Source of the DNA: an uncultured Gammaproteobacteria bacterium
GTDB taxonomy: Bacteria; Patescibacteriota; Microgenomatia; Levybacterales; UBA12049
Assembly: GCA_964408485.1 (NCBI GenBank)
Contig: CAYOZJ010000004.1
Coordinates: 8,685 to 72,684 of the forward strand
Length of the DNA stretch: 64,000 bases
Direction: 5' to 3'
Shown here: positions 9,106-19,013 of the stretch, piece by piece
Layout: each line of letters opens with the position of its first letter
How positions within the stretch are numbered: the first letter of the stretch is position 1
The notes under the pieces: model-generated
Seen by the model: only the letters and a program-made list of their open reading frames with translations
What the model was told of the DNA's origin: nothing
Databases searched by the model: none
Made by a program: the position numbers and the translations under genes

Positions 9106-9999
9106 ATGTTCCTCTTTGGTAAAAAGATAGCTCACAAACAAGTTAGCCACTTCGAGTCGCTTTCAGAAAAATGGACAGCGCGGCATAGGAGTTTACAGGA
9201 AAAGCTTTGGGAAAAGCATGCCAGGGCTCTTGAGCATCTAAAAAACAAAACAAAGCAATTTGCTGCAGGGTCTTTGGCAGCGGCTATGCTTATTGCGTCT
9301 CCTGGTGCAGCACTATCGACTGCTACTCCTCACACTGTAAAGGAAGTACATTTTAAAGATTTAGATACAGAGACAACCTTTCTTTTAACGCTTGGTTCTC
9401 TTGTTCCGAAAGAGGTACGCCCACTTACACAAGATGAGGAAAGTCATATTGGAAAGATTTTATCAGACCAACTAGGAGCAACGGTGAGTGCAGAGCTAGA
9501 AGGAATTCGTCTCAATCGTTCCTATGGATATATTGGTCAAGAGCAGCATTTAGCCCGTTACAAGGGAGACTCTATGGATACCCATTTCGCATCGGGAGAA
9601 GATGCGCAAAAATATTATGACTATGGCATGGCGCCTGGACTTGGTGCGTATGGATATTTTGCAAAGTCAGGTAATATGACAAAACTTGAAAGTGACCGTG
9701 AAAAATACTACATTGCAGTACAGACATTTTTAGCCCCAGGTTATTTGGAAAATACTAAAAAAATGAATGAGTTTTTTGCATTTCATAAAATGCTCGTTGT
9801 GAATCCGGAAAATGGAAAAGCAATTGTTGCAGATATTGGTGATAGTGGGCCTTCTGAATGGACAGGGAAATCTCTTGGTGGGTCTCCTGAGGTTATGCAC
9901 TACTTAGAGCGAGTTGATGGTGCACAAAAAGGGCCAGTTATTTATATGTTTATCGATGATCCACATGATAAAATTCCATTAGGGCCAGTACAGCTCTAA
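9106..9999 (+). CDS. Hypothetical membrane-anchored protein, possible double-psi beta-barrel C-terminal domain
   Basis: 297-aa ORF, hydrophobic segment near residues 52-70, IVADIGDSGP motif. Confidence 0.6.
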   Translation: MFLFGKKIAHKQVSHFESLSEKWTARHRSLQEKLWEKHARALEHLKNKTKQFAAGSLAAAMLIASPGAALSTATPHTVKEVHFKDLDTETTFLLTLGSLVPKEVRPLTQDEESHIGKILSDQLGATVSAELEGIRLNRSYGYIGQEQHLARYKGDSMDTHFASGEDAQKYYDYGMAPGLGAYGYFAKSGNMTKLESDREKYYIAVQTFLAPGYLENTKKMNEFFAFHKMLVVNPENGKAIVADIGDSGPSEWTGKSLGGSPEVMHYLERVDGAQKGPVIYMFIDDPHDKIPLGPVQL

Positions 10000-10014
10000 G
10001 GGAATTCAATATTT

Positions 10015-10097
10015 TCCTTCTCCTTGTAGGAGAAGGTCAGGATGAGGTTTAATAAAGATATAACCTCACCACAATCCTCTCCTAAAAGGAGAGGAAG
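10015..10097. repeat. REP-doublet-like palindromic element
   Basis: CCTTCTCCT-TGT-AGGAGAAGG...TGAGGTT and AACCTCA...TCCTCTCCT-AAA-AGGAGAGGA in inverted arrangement. Confidence 0.65.
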
Positions 10098-10118
10098 ATC
10101 AGGGAGGAGTATTTGCAG

Positions 10119-10445
10119 ATGACAATATATTTTTATAGCAAACTTATTAATACCGATTCCATTGTCGCAGCGCTTAACGAATTGAATTTATCTGACGAAC
10201 AACGTGCGCATTTACTCGGTATTGTTGAGAGTAGTCTGCATCATGCTATTTTAGATGCCATTCTTTCTGAATTATCTGAAGAAGATAAGCAAGTTTTCTT
10301 AGAGCATGTTACTGAGGATGATCATAAAAAAATCTGGGACTTTTTAAATAAACATGTTGATAAGATTGAGGAAAAAATTATGGAGACAGCAGAGGGATTA
10401 AAAAAAGAGCTTCACCAAGATATTGTCGAGACAAAGGGAAATTAG
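10119..10445 (+). CDS. Hypothetical helical protein
   Basis: ORF of about 108 aa filling the intergenic space. Confidence 0.65.
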   Translation: MTIYFYSKLINTDSIVAALNELNLSDEQRAHLLGIVESSLHHAILDAILSELSEEDKQVFLEHVTEDDHKKIWDFLNKHVDKIEEKIMETAEGLKKELHQDIVETKGN

Positions 10446-10489
10446 CTTCACTTGTTTCATTTTTCATTGATTCTTACTATACTTATTCT

Positions 10490-11413
10490 ATGGCTATTTT
10501 AGATGTAAAAAATTTGACGAAAAAATTCGGTGAATTTACTGCTGTTAATGACGTTTCTTTTTCGTTGAAAGAGGGAGAGATATTGGGATTTCTCGGCCCA
10601 AATGGTGCTGGAAAAACAACGACACTGCAGATGTTGCTTGGTGTACTAACACCTACAAGCGGAGTGATTCGATATTTCGATAAAGAATTCCCAAAATACC
10701 GAACAGAGATTCTCGAACATGTTAATTTTTCTTCAACATATACAAATCTTCCGTGGTGGTTAACGGTGAAGGAAAATCTTCATTGGATTTCATATCTGTA
10801 TGACATAAAAAATAGAAAAAAAAGAATTGAGGAAATAGTTGAAGCATTTCGTTTAGAAGATATTTATAACCAGTCAATGACAGAATTGTCTGCTGGCCAA
10901 TTAACTCGCGTTAATCTTGCAAAAGCGTTCTTGAATTATCCTAGAATTCTTCTTCTTGATGAGCCAACGGCATCACTTGACGTTGAAATAGCGGAATATA
11001 TTCATGAGTTTTTACTGACACAACGGGAAAAATTTCAAGTTTCAATAATTATCACTTCCCATAATATGTCGGAGGTTGAAAAACTCTGTGATCGCGTTAT
11101 TGTTGTTAATGCAGGAAAAATTATTGCAGATGATACGCCACATGAATTGTCTCGACTCATTGAAAGTTCTAATATACAGCTTCTTATTGCAAAAGGAGAG
11201 GAAAATTTGTTGAAACTTCTAAAAAAAGAAAACATTGTGTATAAAAAGCGAAAAAATACATTTACTCTTGAAGTTGCGACAACAAAAATTGCACCTATAT
11301 TGCAGCAGTTGACACAGCATAATATCGTTTATGACGAGCTGACAATAGAAAAACCAAATCTTGAAACATATTTCTTGCATGCAATAAAAGGAGGTAAAAA
11401 TGAAGTGGCATAG
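10490..11413 (+). CDS. ABC-2 type transporter ATP-binding protein
   Basis: GPNGAGKTT, LSAGQ, LLLDEPT. Confidence 0.92.
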   Translation: MAILDVKNLTKKFGEFTAVNDVSFSLKEGEILGFLGPNGAGKTTTLQMLLGVLTPTSGVIRYFDKEFPKYRTEILEHVNFSSTYTNLPWWLTVKENLHWISYLYDIKNRKKRIEEIVEAFRLEDIYNQSMTELSAGQLTRVNLAKAFLNYPRILLLDEPTASLDVEIAEYIHEFLLTQREKFQVSIIITSHNMSEVEKLCDRVIVVNAGKIIADDTPHELSRLIESSNIQLLIAKGEENLLKLLKKENIVYKKRKNTFTLEVATTKIAPILQQLTQHNIVYDELTIEKPNLETYFLHAIKGGKNEVA

Positions 11414-12182
11414 GCTGTATGCAATGTTACTCAGGCATTTTTATATTTTTAAGCAAAGCCCAGATAGAATTAGTGAAGTCTTTTTTTGGCCGTTAGTAGA
11501 TATTCTTATTTGGGGAGTAACCGGACTGTATTTTGCCCAGGTGTCTCATTACCCAAACATAGTTGTTTTGCTTCTTTCAGGACTTATTCTATGGACGCTT
11601 GTTTTTCGTGGACAACAGGAAATACCAATGGCACTTCTTGAAGAATTATGGAATAAAAATCTTATTAACATTTTTACATCTCCCCTCACTTTCACTGAAT
11701 GGTTTGTTTCATCAATTCTTTTAGGAATTCTAAAGACAATAGTAAGCTTTATTTTTATTACGCTCCTTGCACTTTTTCTCTACAAACTCAATATACTTAT
11801 GTATGGATTCTATCTGATTCCTTTTACTCTGCTTCTTGTATGGTTTTCATGGACTGTGGGATTTTTTGTCACTGGACTTATTATGCGTTACAGCACAAGA
11901 GTTCAAACGTTAGCTTGGTCATTGATTGCGATATTGTCACCATTTTCGGGCATTTACTACTCGATAGCAATTCTTCCCCAGTGGGCACAGTTTATCGCTC
12001 GCTTTGTGCCAACAAGTTACATATTTGAAGGTATGAGAGAAGTGGTCGCCAAAGGGACAATCTCGCCAGATAAACTACTTATTGCATTTGCCTTAAATTT
12101 TGTCTACTTCATTTTTGCATTTTGGTATTTTAAGAAAAGTTTTCAGAAAGTTCTGCAAAAAGGATTGGTAAAAGTCTTCTAG
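11400..12182 (+). CDS. ABC-2 type transporter permease
   Basis: About 6 TM helices, FSGIYY..LP.W motif, overlaps the ATPase gene. Confidence 0.88.
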   Translation: MKWHRLYAMLLRHFYIFKQSPDRISEVFFWPLVDILIWGVTGLYFAQVSHYPNIVVLLLSGLILWTLVFRGQQEIPMALLEELWNKNLINIFTSPLTFTEWFVSSILLGILKTIVSFIFITLLALFLYKLNILMYGFYLIPFTLLLVWFSWTVGFFVTGLIMRYSTRVQTLAWSLIAILSPFSGIYYSIAILPQWAQFIARFVPTSYIFEGMREVVAKGTISPDKLLIAFALNFVYFIFAFWYFKKSFQKVLQKGLVKVF

Positions 12183-12290
12183 CCGCTAAGTTAGCAGTCT
12201 TTTGACTATCCTGCTAAATACAGTATGACAATTTAGGAATGTGCAGAAAATGATAAAGTGATTCTCTAAACTGCTACACCTCTTTTGTAA

Positions 12291-13136
12291 ATGAATTTTC
12301 TTCCCATAACGATTGCTGCAATTCTATATGCAACATTTGGTATTTTCAATCGATTACTCGAGCCATACTTTGGACCGTTTTCTCAAGGAGTATTCAGGTT
12401 TATTATCCTTCTTCCTGTAGTAACTATTCTCTTTTTTGCAAAAAGTAAATTTAAGAAAATTGCAAAACCTCATATAAAAAACTTTATTTTCCTTGGACTT
12501 TTTAGTTTTTTATCGAGTGTTATCTTTTTTCTTTCATCAACAACGCTGACTTTAGGTATGGCGCTTTTTCTTTTCTATGCAGCATTTACATTAGTATCGT
12601 ATGCGTATGGATATATTTTGTTTCAAGAGAAACCAACACTGCTTAGAATTATTTCCTTACTCCTAGCATGCATAGGTCTTTTTATTATCTTCAATGTGTC
12701 TTTAGGAAAGGTAAGTATCCTTAATCTTCTTATTGGATTTGCAGCAGGTGCTTCATTTGCTCTTTATACTGCATCAACAAAAACACTCAGTAAAATCTAT
12801 CCAAAAGAGCAAATTACATTCCTGGAATATATACAAGTATTCCCTTTATTTCTCTTATTAACAATCTTTATTCCTCAAAAAACAATTGTAACTCCTTGGA
12901 GCGTAGGTGTCGCTGGAGTTTTTGGTTTGCTGCAGATAGCAACGTCACTTCTAACGGTTGTTGGATTTCGTAAACTTGATGCGCAAAGAGCCTCACTCAT
13001 TTTATTATTGGACCCTATTTTAGCAACAATACTTGGAATTTTTCTTTATGGAGAAAATATGTCTGCAGGTTTTATTGTGGGAGCAGTGTTTATTCTTGTT
13101 GCAATGATACTTTCAGAAATTAAGTTAAAAAAGTAA
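12291..13136 (+). CDS. DMT/EamA family transporter
   Basis: About 10 TM helices in two EamA-like halves. Confidence 0.8.
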   Translation: MNFLPITIAAILYATFGIFNRLLEPYFGPFSQGVFRFIILLPVVTILFFAKSKFKKIAKPHIKNFIFLGLFSFLSSVIFFLSSTTLTLGMALFLFYAAFTLVSYAYGYILFQEKPTLLRIISLLLACIGLFIIFNVSLGKVSILNLLIGFAAGASFALYTASTKTLSKIYPKEQITFLEYIQVFPLFLLLTIFIPQKTIVTPWSVGVAGVFGLLQIATSLLTVVGFRKLDAQRASLILLLDPILATILGIFLYGENMSAGFIVGAVFILVAMILSEIKLKK

Positions 13137-13140
13137 CTAT

Positions 13141-14004
13141 CTAATGCCAAACGGTTAAGAATAATCCTGCAATAACAATTAATGCCGCAATTAGTTTTCT
13201 CCATAGATCATTCGTTTCTTTGTGCACAAACATGGCTGTTAGGACATTAAATAGTACAGAAAGTGATGCAAGGGGGATAACGACAATAATGGGACCAAGT
13301 TGTGCTGCGCGTATAATGGAGAATGCTAAGATACTCCATGATGTGCCGGCAAGTATGTAATAAAGTCGCTGTTTTGGTACAAATTCTTTTTTTACATCGC
13401 TAAATTTTGTTTTGGTGATAAATTTTATTGTTATTGCTGAAAAAAGATAAGTAAAAGCAATATAAAAAGGGATGTTGAAGTTTTGAGAAAAACCAATATC
13501 CAGACTCAATGCGATAGCCAAGAATGTGCATGCGATAACCATAAGTGCTGTGTATTTGTTAACGACAAATTTGCCCTTTCGATACATCAAGAGAATATTA
13601 GCTCCAATAATACATAATGCTCCAATAACTTTTCCGATAACGAATGGTTGTTTAAAAACAAGAAATCCAATGATGATAATAAAGACACTCGTCATTTCAT
13701 TAAGAAGGGCTGCTTCGGATGCAGGAAGAAATTTTCGAGCAGTTGTTTTGAGTCTGTCTTGCATACCTGCGACAAAACAGCTTAATAAAAGAAAAATATA
13801 CAACACTGGATTTGTAGGGATAAGAAAAGGAAATAAAGGAATAAGGAAGAGAAGACCTATTGTGGCTATGATTTCCAAAAGCATTGTTGCGGCACTATCA
13901 TTTTTTGCATGCTGAACAGCAAGCTTATATGTCTGGGTAAAAATAACGTCACAAACAATGCTAAGGATTACATAAAATTGCCAGGAATTAAGCAGGTTGC
14001 CCAT
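13141..14004 (-). CDS. DMT/EamA family transporter
   Basis: About 10 TM helices in a duplicated domain. Confidence 0.78.
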   Translation of the reverse strand: MGNLLNSWQFYVILSIVCDVIFTQTYKLAVQHAKNDSAATMLLEIIATIGLLFLIPLFPFLIPTNPVLYIFLLLSCFVAGMQDRLKTTARKFLPASEAALLNEMTSVFIIIIGFLVFKQPFVIGKVIGALCIIGANILLMYRKGKFVVNKYTALMVIACTFLAIALSLDIGFSQNFNIPFYIAFTYLFSAITIKFITKTKFSDVKKEFVPKQRLYYILAGTSWSILAFSIIRAAQLGPIIVVIPLASLSVLFNVLTAMFVHKETNDLWRKLIAALIVIAGLFLTVWH

Positions 14005-14056
14005 TTATAAAGCGTAGCATATTGTCAGAGGATTTTATATCTGGTACAGTTTTCCT

Positions 14057-14638
14057 ATGAATCTGCAAACTCTTCTGGTAATTCTCAGTTCTATTTTGGT
14101 TACAGTGGGACCCATTACCTATGCGGTAAGCATTATTAAAGGATCAACACGACCTCACCGTATGACGCGATTTATTCTCGCGTTTGTTTTGACATTGAAT
14201 TTTGTTAGCATCCTTGCAGCAAAGAGCAATCTCGGAGCAGAAGTATTCGCAGGAATTACTTGTATTCAGTCGCTCGCCATTTTTGCATTGAGTCTCTGGA
14301 AAGGTATGGGAGGAACAACTAAATTTGATTGGGTATGTTTAGGTATTGCGCTAATTGGATTAGTTGGTTGGAAAATAACAGGGGATCCCCTTTTAGGTGT
14401 TTGGTTTTCTGTTTTGGCAGATTTTGTTGCATATTTACCTGCATTTGTTAAGACATATTACCATCCTCATACAGAATCTCCTTGGTATTATTTGTTGAGT
14501 GGTTTGGCAGCGCTAATTAGTTTAGTGGCATATAAAATAGAATCAGCGTCAATATTTCAAATATATATACTTCTGTGTGTCATTATTATGACTATACTTA
14601 TCTATAGGAAGGATATTAAAAGAAAGTTTAGTTTATAA
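14057..14638 (+). CDS. Hypothetical integral membrane protein (PQ-loop-like repeats)
   Basis: Hydrophobic; G.TRPH and PAFVKTY.HPHTE motifs. Confidence 0.65.
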   Translation: MNLQTLLVILSSILVTVGPITYAVSIIKGSTRPHRMTRFILAFVLTLNFVSILAAKSNLGAEVFAGITCIQSLAIFALSLWKGMGGTTKFDWVCLGIALIGLVGWKITGDPLLGVWFSVLADFVAYLPAFVKTYYHPHTESPWYYLLSGLAALISLVAYKIESASIFQIYILLCVIIMTILIYRKDIKRKFSL

Positions 14639-16762
14639 ATATTTTTTTACTTCCAGTTTATAGTCCTTTATTTTAAATTTTTTCCTCAGTTGGGCAATAG
14701 GAAGTGTAAGATACTGTTTTGCTAATTTTTGAGACTCTCTTTCATATTCTTTTGCGAGGGTTTTATATTTTCCAATACCTTTTTTTATAATTTTATCTTC
14801 CTGCTGTAATACGTCAACATAAAGAAGAAATTTTCCCAACCCTTTTTTCTGAAAATCTGACATGGATACGGGGTTGATGCGAATACTGGAGAATTTTTTT
14901 GAAAAAGTAAGACGATGCCTAAATGTTGCCACATTTTTTTCAAGAATTTCTTTGTCCTTTGCCAGAGATTGGTCGGGAAGTCCAAAGCTGTCAAACAGAA
15001 GAGAAAGAAAGAGTCGTTTTGTCCTGTCAATCATGCTTCCACCCATTTCGTCTTTTTCCGGAACAGCCACTCCCATAATTTCTGCTTGTTCACGAGCAAT
15101 ACTTGGCAATGCGCAGGAGATTGCTGCAATATATGTTTGGAGTGCTATCTTTTCATCTTCATGGACTCTTTTTTTGGCTCTTTGAAAAAGTTGCATAAAT
15201 TCCTTGGCACGGTCACTAAATCCATCAATCAAATGCCCAGCTGTATCTGGTATTACGTATTTAGTATTAAGTATATTTTGAGATTTTTCATCCATTCCAC
15301 TTTGTTCAGGATTCGAGATGACAGGATTTTCTTTACGCTTAACGCTTAACGCTTTACGCTGTCTTGCTCTAATCCCATCTAAGACATCGGTAAGATTGCC
15401 AAATGTATAGTGATACCAGCCTTTTGTTTTAGTAATAACGGATTTGTCATTAAGTTGTTTGAGTCCGAGAGAAAGTTTATTGAGTCCCAAAACAGAAATT
15501 TCATTTGGAGAAAGATTTTTATCAACGAGTCGATCTAAAGCCCATTCAAATTTACGAATAACATTTCGCGCTTTATTATTTTGTGCTGGTGTGAATTGCG
15601 ATTGTTTTATTGCTAAATTGTTAAATTGTTGAGATTGCTTCGCTTCAGTTCCTTCGCTCGCAATGACGGAAGTATTGTTGTTTGAGCTTGTCGAGAACCT
15701 TTGGCTTTCTTTTACGCTTGACGCTTGACGCGCCGCTTCGGCAAAGCTAGTACCCTTGGGGTGCTTTACCCTTAATTCCGGTCTGAGTGTCCATAAAATT
15801 TCCTTTGGTCCGTCTCCTTCGAGAATATGAATACTATTATTGTCTTTCATTTTTTCTTTGAGCATCTCGCGTGCAAGTGGTGTTGGATGGACGCCGTATT
15901 GAGAAAGAGTATAAGAGGTTGGGTCCTCCTTCATGGTAAGCATTGGAATATCAACAGTTGCATCGCCAAAAAGAAATGCATGGATACGCTTGTCATTGCG
16001 AGGAGTCGAAGGCGACGTGGCAATCTCATTAGATTGCTTCGCTTTGTTCGTAATGACATTTTCAGAACCAGAATGGCGATTGAGTTCGATCGCCAAATTT
16101 TTTAATACATACTGCACAGCTTTGTCTTTCCCTGCAGTACTTGGGGTAATAAGTAATTCTCCTGAGAATGTTTCTAGTGAGTTTTTCCATAACAACTTTT
16201 CTGTAAGAATAATGCGAATACCCTTTGGGAATAACTTGAGAACTTCCCTGCGAATAGCATCTACTTGTTTGAGTGGATACGTATTGAGTCTAATGCGTAT
16301 TAAATAGGTATTGCCTCTTCCCAAACGAAACATAAGACCATTGCTTTGTAAATACTGTGTGATGCCATCAGTTATTTCCGCTTTATTCCATGAACTAACA
16401 TTGCCTTGTGCATCAGTTACTTTTGTTGACTGCATAGTCCCTTGCCATGAAAAATCACTGATATATCCGTTTCGTGTCGCGAAGTAAATAATCGTCCCAT
16501 TTGCCGTGATAACAGCATCTGGCTTGGGTACGCCAAGAAGCTTTAAGTGATACTTATCAATCCGTCGCCAAAAAGATCGGCCAGTGACAATAATAAAAGG
16601 GATGCATTTTGCAGAAATATACGCTGCTGTTTGTAAATTAAAGAGAGGTGCAGTAAGAAGGTTAAGGTTGGGGCTAAAAAGCGTGCCATCAATATCGGTA
16701 AGCAACATCGTGGGTTTGTCTTGCTTTTCGAGTTTGGTTAAAATTATATCTGTATCAGACAT
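14633..16762 (-). CDS. HAD-family phosphatase fused to CDP-alcohol phosphotransferase-like domain, with multiple in-frame repeat insertions
   Basis: TDIDGT, VTGRS, K, FGDATVD HAD motifs; LSPNEIS...DVLDGIRAR...GHLIDGFSDR. Confidence 0.7.
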   Translation of the reverse strand: MSDTDIILTKLEKQDKPTMLLTDIDGTLFSPNLNLLTAPLFNLQTAAYISAKCIPFIIVTGRSFWRRIDKYHLKLLGVPKPDAVITANGTIIYFATRNGYISDFSWQGTMQSTKVTDAQGNVSSWNKAEITDGITQYLQSNGLMFRLGRGNTYLIRIRLNTYPLKQVDAIRREVLKLFPKGIRIILTEKLLWKNSLETFSGELLITPSTAGKDKAVQYVLKNLAIELNRHSGSENVITNKAKQSNEIATSPSTPRNDKRIHAFLFGDATVDIPMLTMKEDPTSYTLSQYGVHPTPLAREMLKEKMKDNNSIHILEGDGPKEILWTLRPELRVKHPKGTSFAEAARQASSVKESQRFSTSSNNNTSVIASEGTEAKQSQQFNNLAIKQSQFTPAQNNKARNVIRKFEWALDRLVDKNLSPNEISVLGLNKLSLGLKQLNDKSVITKTKGWYHYTFGNLTDVLDGIRARQRKALSVKRKENPVISNPEQSGMDEKSQNILNTKYVIPDTAGHLIDGFSDRAKEFMQLFQRAKKRVHEDEKIALQTYIAAISCALPSIAREQAEIMGVAVPEKDEMGGSMIDRTKRLFLSLLFDSFGLPDQSLAKDKEILEKNVATFRHRLTFSKKFSSIRINPVSMSDFQKKGLGKFLLYVDVLQQEDKIIKKGIGKYKTLAKEYERESQKLAKQYLTLPIAQLRKKFKIKDYKLEVKKYL
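15991..16058. repeat. GTCA-tailed palindromic doublet inside coding sequence
   Basis: TGTCATTGCG...GCAATCT and AGATTGC...TAATGACA. Confidence 0.85.
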
Positions 16763-16788
16763 AGTGTAAGAAAGCGTTAAGGGGAAAG

Positions 16789-16853
16789 TACCCCAAGGGT
16801 ACTTCCCGACTCGGGATTATCCTCCCCGAGGTGTCAGCTTCCCCGAAGCGGCG
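16789..16853 (-). repeat. 65-bp modular hairpin cassette, copy 2
   Basis: Exact reverse complement of 9006-9070. Confidence 0.9.
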
Positions 16854-16957
16854 CGTAAAGCGTTAAGTTTATAAAGAACTTTTATCTTTACCCTTAACCT
16901 TTGACGCTTAACGCTATTCTCATTGTACCAAAAAATACAACGTGGTATTATATTTTT

Positions 16958-17788
16958 ATGGATAAATCCCCCCAGAAAATCCTCGCCGGTGCGTTAAAGG
17001 AAGCCTATTCATTTAGTATCCGTGGGATTGAAAAATTGCGAGATAAGTATATTTGGACAAAGGAAGAGATACAGGATGCTAGAGGCTATTTGATTTACTT
17101 TAGAGATCTTATGAAGACAGAGAATCCAAGTCTTTTCCAGGAGATTTTTGGTGAAGGAGAATTTTTTGATTTAGAGCCATTTGCGAGGGGCTATACATCC
17201 CATGTACTTGCTTTCCGTACTATTGTTGACAAGCGGATTAAGCGGTGGGTTATTAAAGTAGGATTTCGTTATACATTTGTGCCGGACAATGGTGACCCAT
17301 CCAATAGTGAATATCCAAAAGAATATCAAAAATATCTAGATATTTTGCGTGAATCTGTTAAAAAATATAGTCATTTAAATCAGTTGCTTCCAGAGCCACA
17401 GGCAGTTACCTGGGCATCACTTCTTGCAGAGGATGGAAAAAAACATGAAACAACACTTGCTATTCAACCTTGCATGAATGTGATTAAATCTTCCAAGCTT
17501 CGTCGCATCATTACAGGTCAGCAGAAAAAAGATTTACTTGTTGAATTAAGAGAATTTAAAGAATTGTCTGAGTATCTTATTAAAACTCACGAAGTACGGC
17601 CGGAATTAGTAGGGGAAGGGAATTTGGAGATTGTGAGAAAAGGAGACGAGTATCACATAATGCTTCTTGATATGGGGTGGATTGATTTAAAGAAAACACT
17701 TCCTATCACCCATGCAGTTGCACATTTTTCGGCTCAATATGCTGTTGCCAAGCTCGAGGATTGGTTAAAGAGTAGATCCTTTTTTTAA
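16958..17788 (+). CDS. Protein-kinase-like fold protein (atypical)
   Basis: FARGYTSHV loop, VIKVG, PELVGEGNL, LLDMG resemble kinase subdomains I, II, VIb, VII. Confidence 0.5.
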   Translation: MDKSPQKILAGALKEAYSFSIRGIEKLRDKYIWTKEEIQDARGYLIYFRDLMKTENPSLFQEIFGEGEFFDLEPFARGYTSHVLAFRTIVDKRIKRWVIKVGFRYTFVPDNGDPSNSEYPKEYQKYLDILRESVKKYSHLNQLLPEPQAVTWASLLAEDGKKHETTLAIQPCMNVIKSSKLRRIITGQQKKDLLVELREFKELSEYLIKTHEVRPELVGEGNLEIVRKGDEYHIMLLDMGWIDLKKTLPITHAVAHFSAQYAVAKLEDWLKSRSFF

Positions 17789-17890
17789 ATTAACCTAATT
17801 CACCTAATTAACCTAATTTCTAAAGAAGCTCTAATAACACAATTAAGAAATTGATTTGCTCATTGGCGAATTTGGGATTTTTTAGGTTAA

Positions 17891-18208
17891 TTAGGAATTA
17901 GAAATTTGTAAAAGAGAACTCTTCAGGTCTACTTTATCCTTGTCAAACAATACTCCCTCTGCAATAAGCTTTGCCTTTTGTACGCTCTCTCCACCAAATG
18001 CATATCCAGGAGTTAGTTTGCCCGTTGCAAAAACAACTCTATGACACGGAATATTCTCTGGATCGGAATTTACATGCAGGGCAAAACCTACTACTCGAGG
18101 CGTTGCAACATTAGCAAGTATTGCAACTTGTCCATATGTCATTACTTTTCCTTTGGGAATTTTTTTGACAATATCATAAATTCGATCGTATGAATTATTC
18201 TGCTTCAT
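17891..18208 (-). CDS. MGMT family alkyltransferase-like protein
   Basis: IPKGKVMTYGQVA, RVVG, PCHRV. Confidence 0.9.
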   Translation of the reverse strand: MKQNNSYDRIYDIVKKIPKGKVMTYGQVAILANVATPRVVGFALHVNSDPENIPCHRVVFATGKLTPGYAFGGESVQKAKLIAEGVLFDKDKVDLKSSLLQISNS

Positions 18209-18209
18209 A

Positions 18210-18974
18210 TTAAGTAAGTTGTAAGTTTACAGAGCATAAGTAGTGATCACTGATACTCTTTTCCACTTCATAATCTACCACACCCCAGTGCTTGGAAACA
18301 AGAATATGGTCTTGTTGGCCACGCGTCGGTGTTGTGTCCTCATGAAAAATCTCAGTAAAGGTGGGAAAGAGCCCAGGAATTAGTTTTTCTAACCCATCGA
18401 TATTAAAATCAGCACCAATGATAGTTGGTCTATTACTCAATGGAACAAGAATATTCGTAATTGCTTCTCGAATAAAATCAAATGAACTTTCTGAAAAATT
18501 TCTTCCGTAATAATGAAATGGTACTAAATGTCCATTGACCACATAAATTGTTTGTCCTTTGTATTCAACTTCGGAAATAAGAAAACCACAATCGAGCGTT
18601 CTCCAAATTGCTCCATTCGGTCTGGTAACAGATAGGTTTGGATTAGGTGGTTTTTGGATTGTTGATTTTTTTATTGTCTGTTTGCTCAAGGTGACCATTG
18701 CCAAGTGTGAGCCTGGTTTTATATGCGAGTCATTATTATATGAATAGATTTGACTCGGTTTCATATGAAGGGCTTCGGATAATGTTGCAGCTTGTTGAGA
18801 TCCAGTGAGGCTTTCTGCATGTATTTCTTGAAGACAAATGACATCAGCATTATCTCTCTGAAGAGGTGGGATAAACGCTTCGATATTTTCTTGTGCATAA
18901 TCATTCCGCGACCATTCTTTGGTTCTACTAATAAGAGGAAAAGCGCCACCAATATTCCAAGAGATAAGTTTCAT
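18210..18974 (-). CDS. Endonuclease/exonuclease/phosphatase family protein
   Basis: SWNI, CLQE, GADFN, DHI, SDH motifs. Confidence 0.88.
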   Translation of the reverse strand: MKLISWNIGGAFPLISRTKEWSRNDYAQENIEAFIPPLQRDNADVICLQEIHAESLTGSQQAATLSEALHMKPSQIYSYNNDSHIKPGSHLAMVTLSKQTIKKSTIQKPPNPNLSVTRPNGAIWRTLDCGFLISEVEYKGQTIYVVNGHLVPFHYYGRNFSESSFDFIREAITNILVPLSNRPTIIGADFNIDGLEKLIPGLFPTFTEIFHEDTTPTRGQQDHILVSKHWGVVDYEVEKSISDHYLCSVNLQLT

Positions 18975-18982
18975 ATATTTTT

Positions 18983-19010
18983 CGTCATTGCGAGCAAAGC
19001 GAAGCAATCT
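18983..19010 (+). repeat. Single GTCA-tailed palindrome
   Basis: CGTCATTGCGAGCAAAGCGAAGCAATCT. Confidence 0.75.
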
Positions 19011-19013
19011 AAG

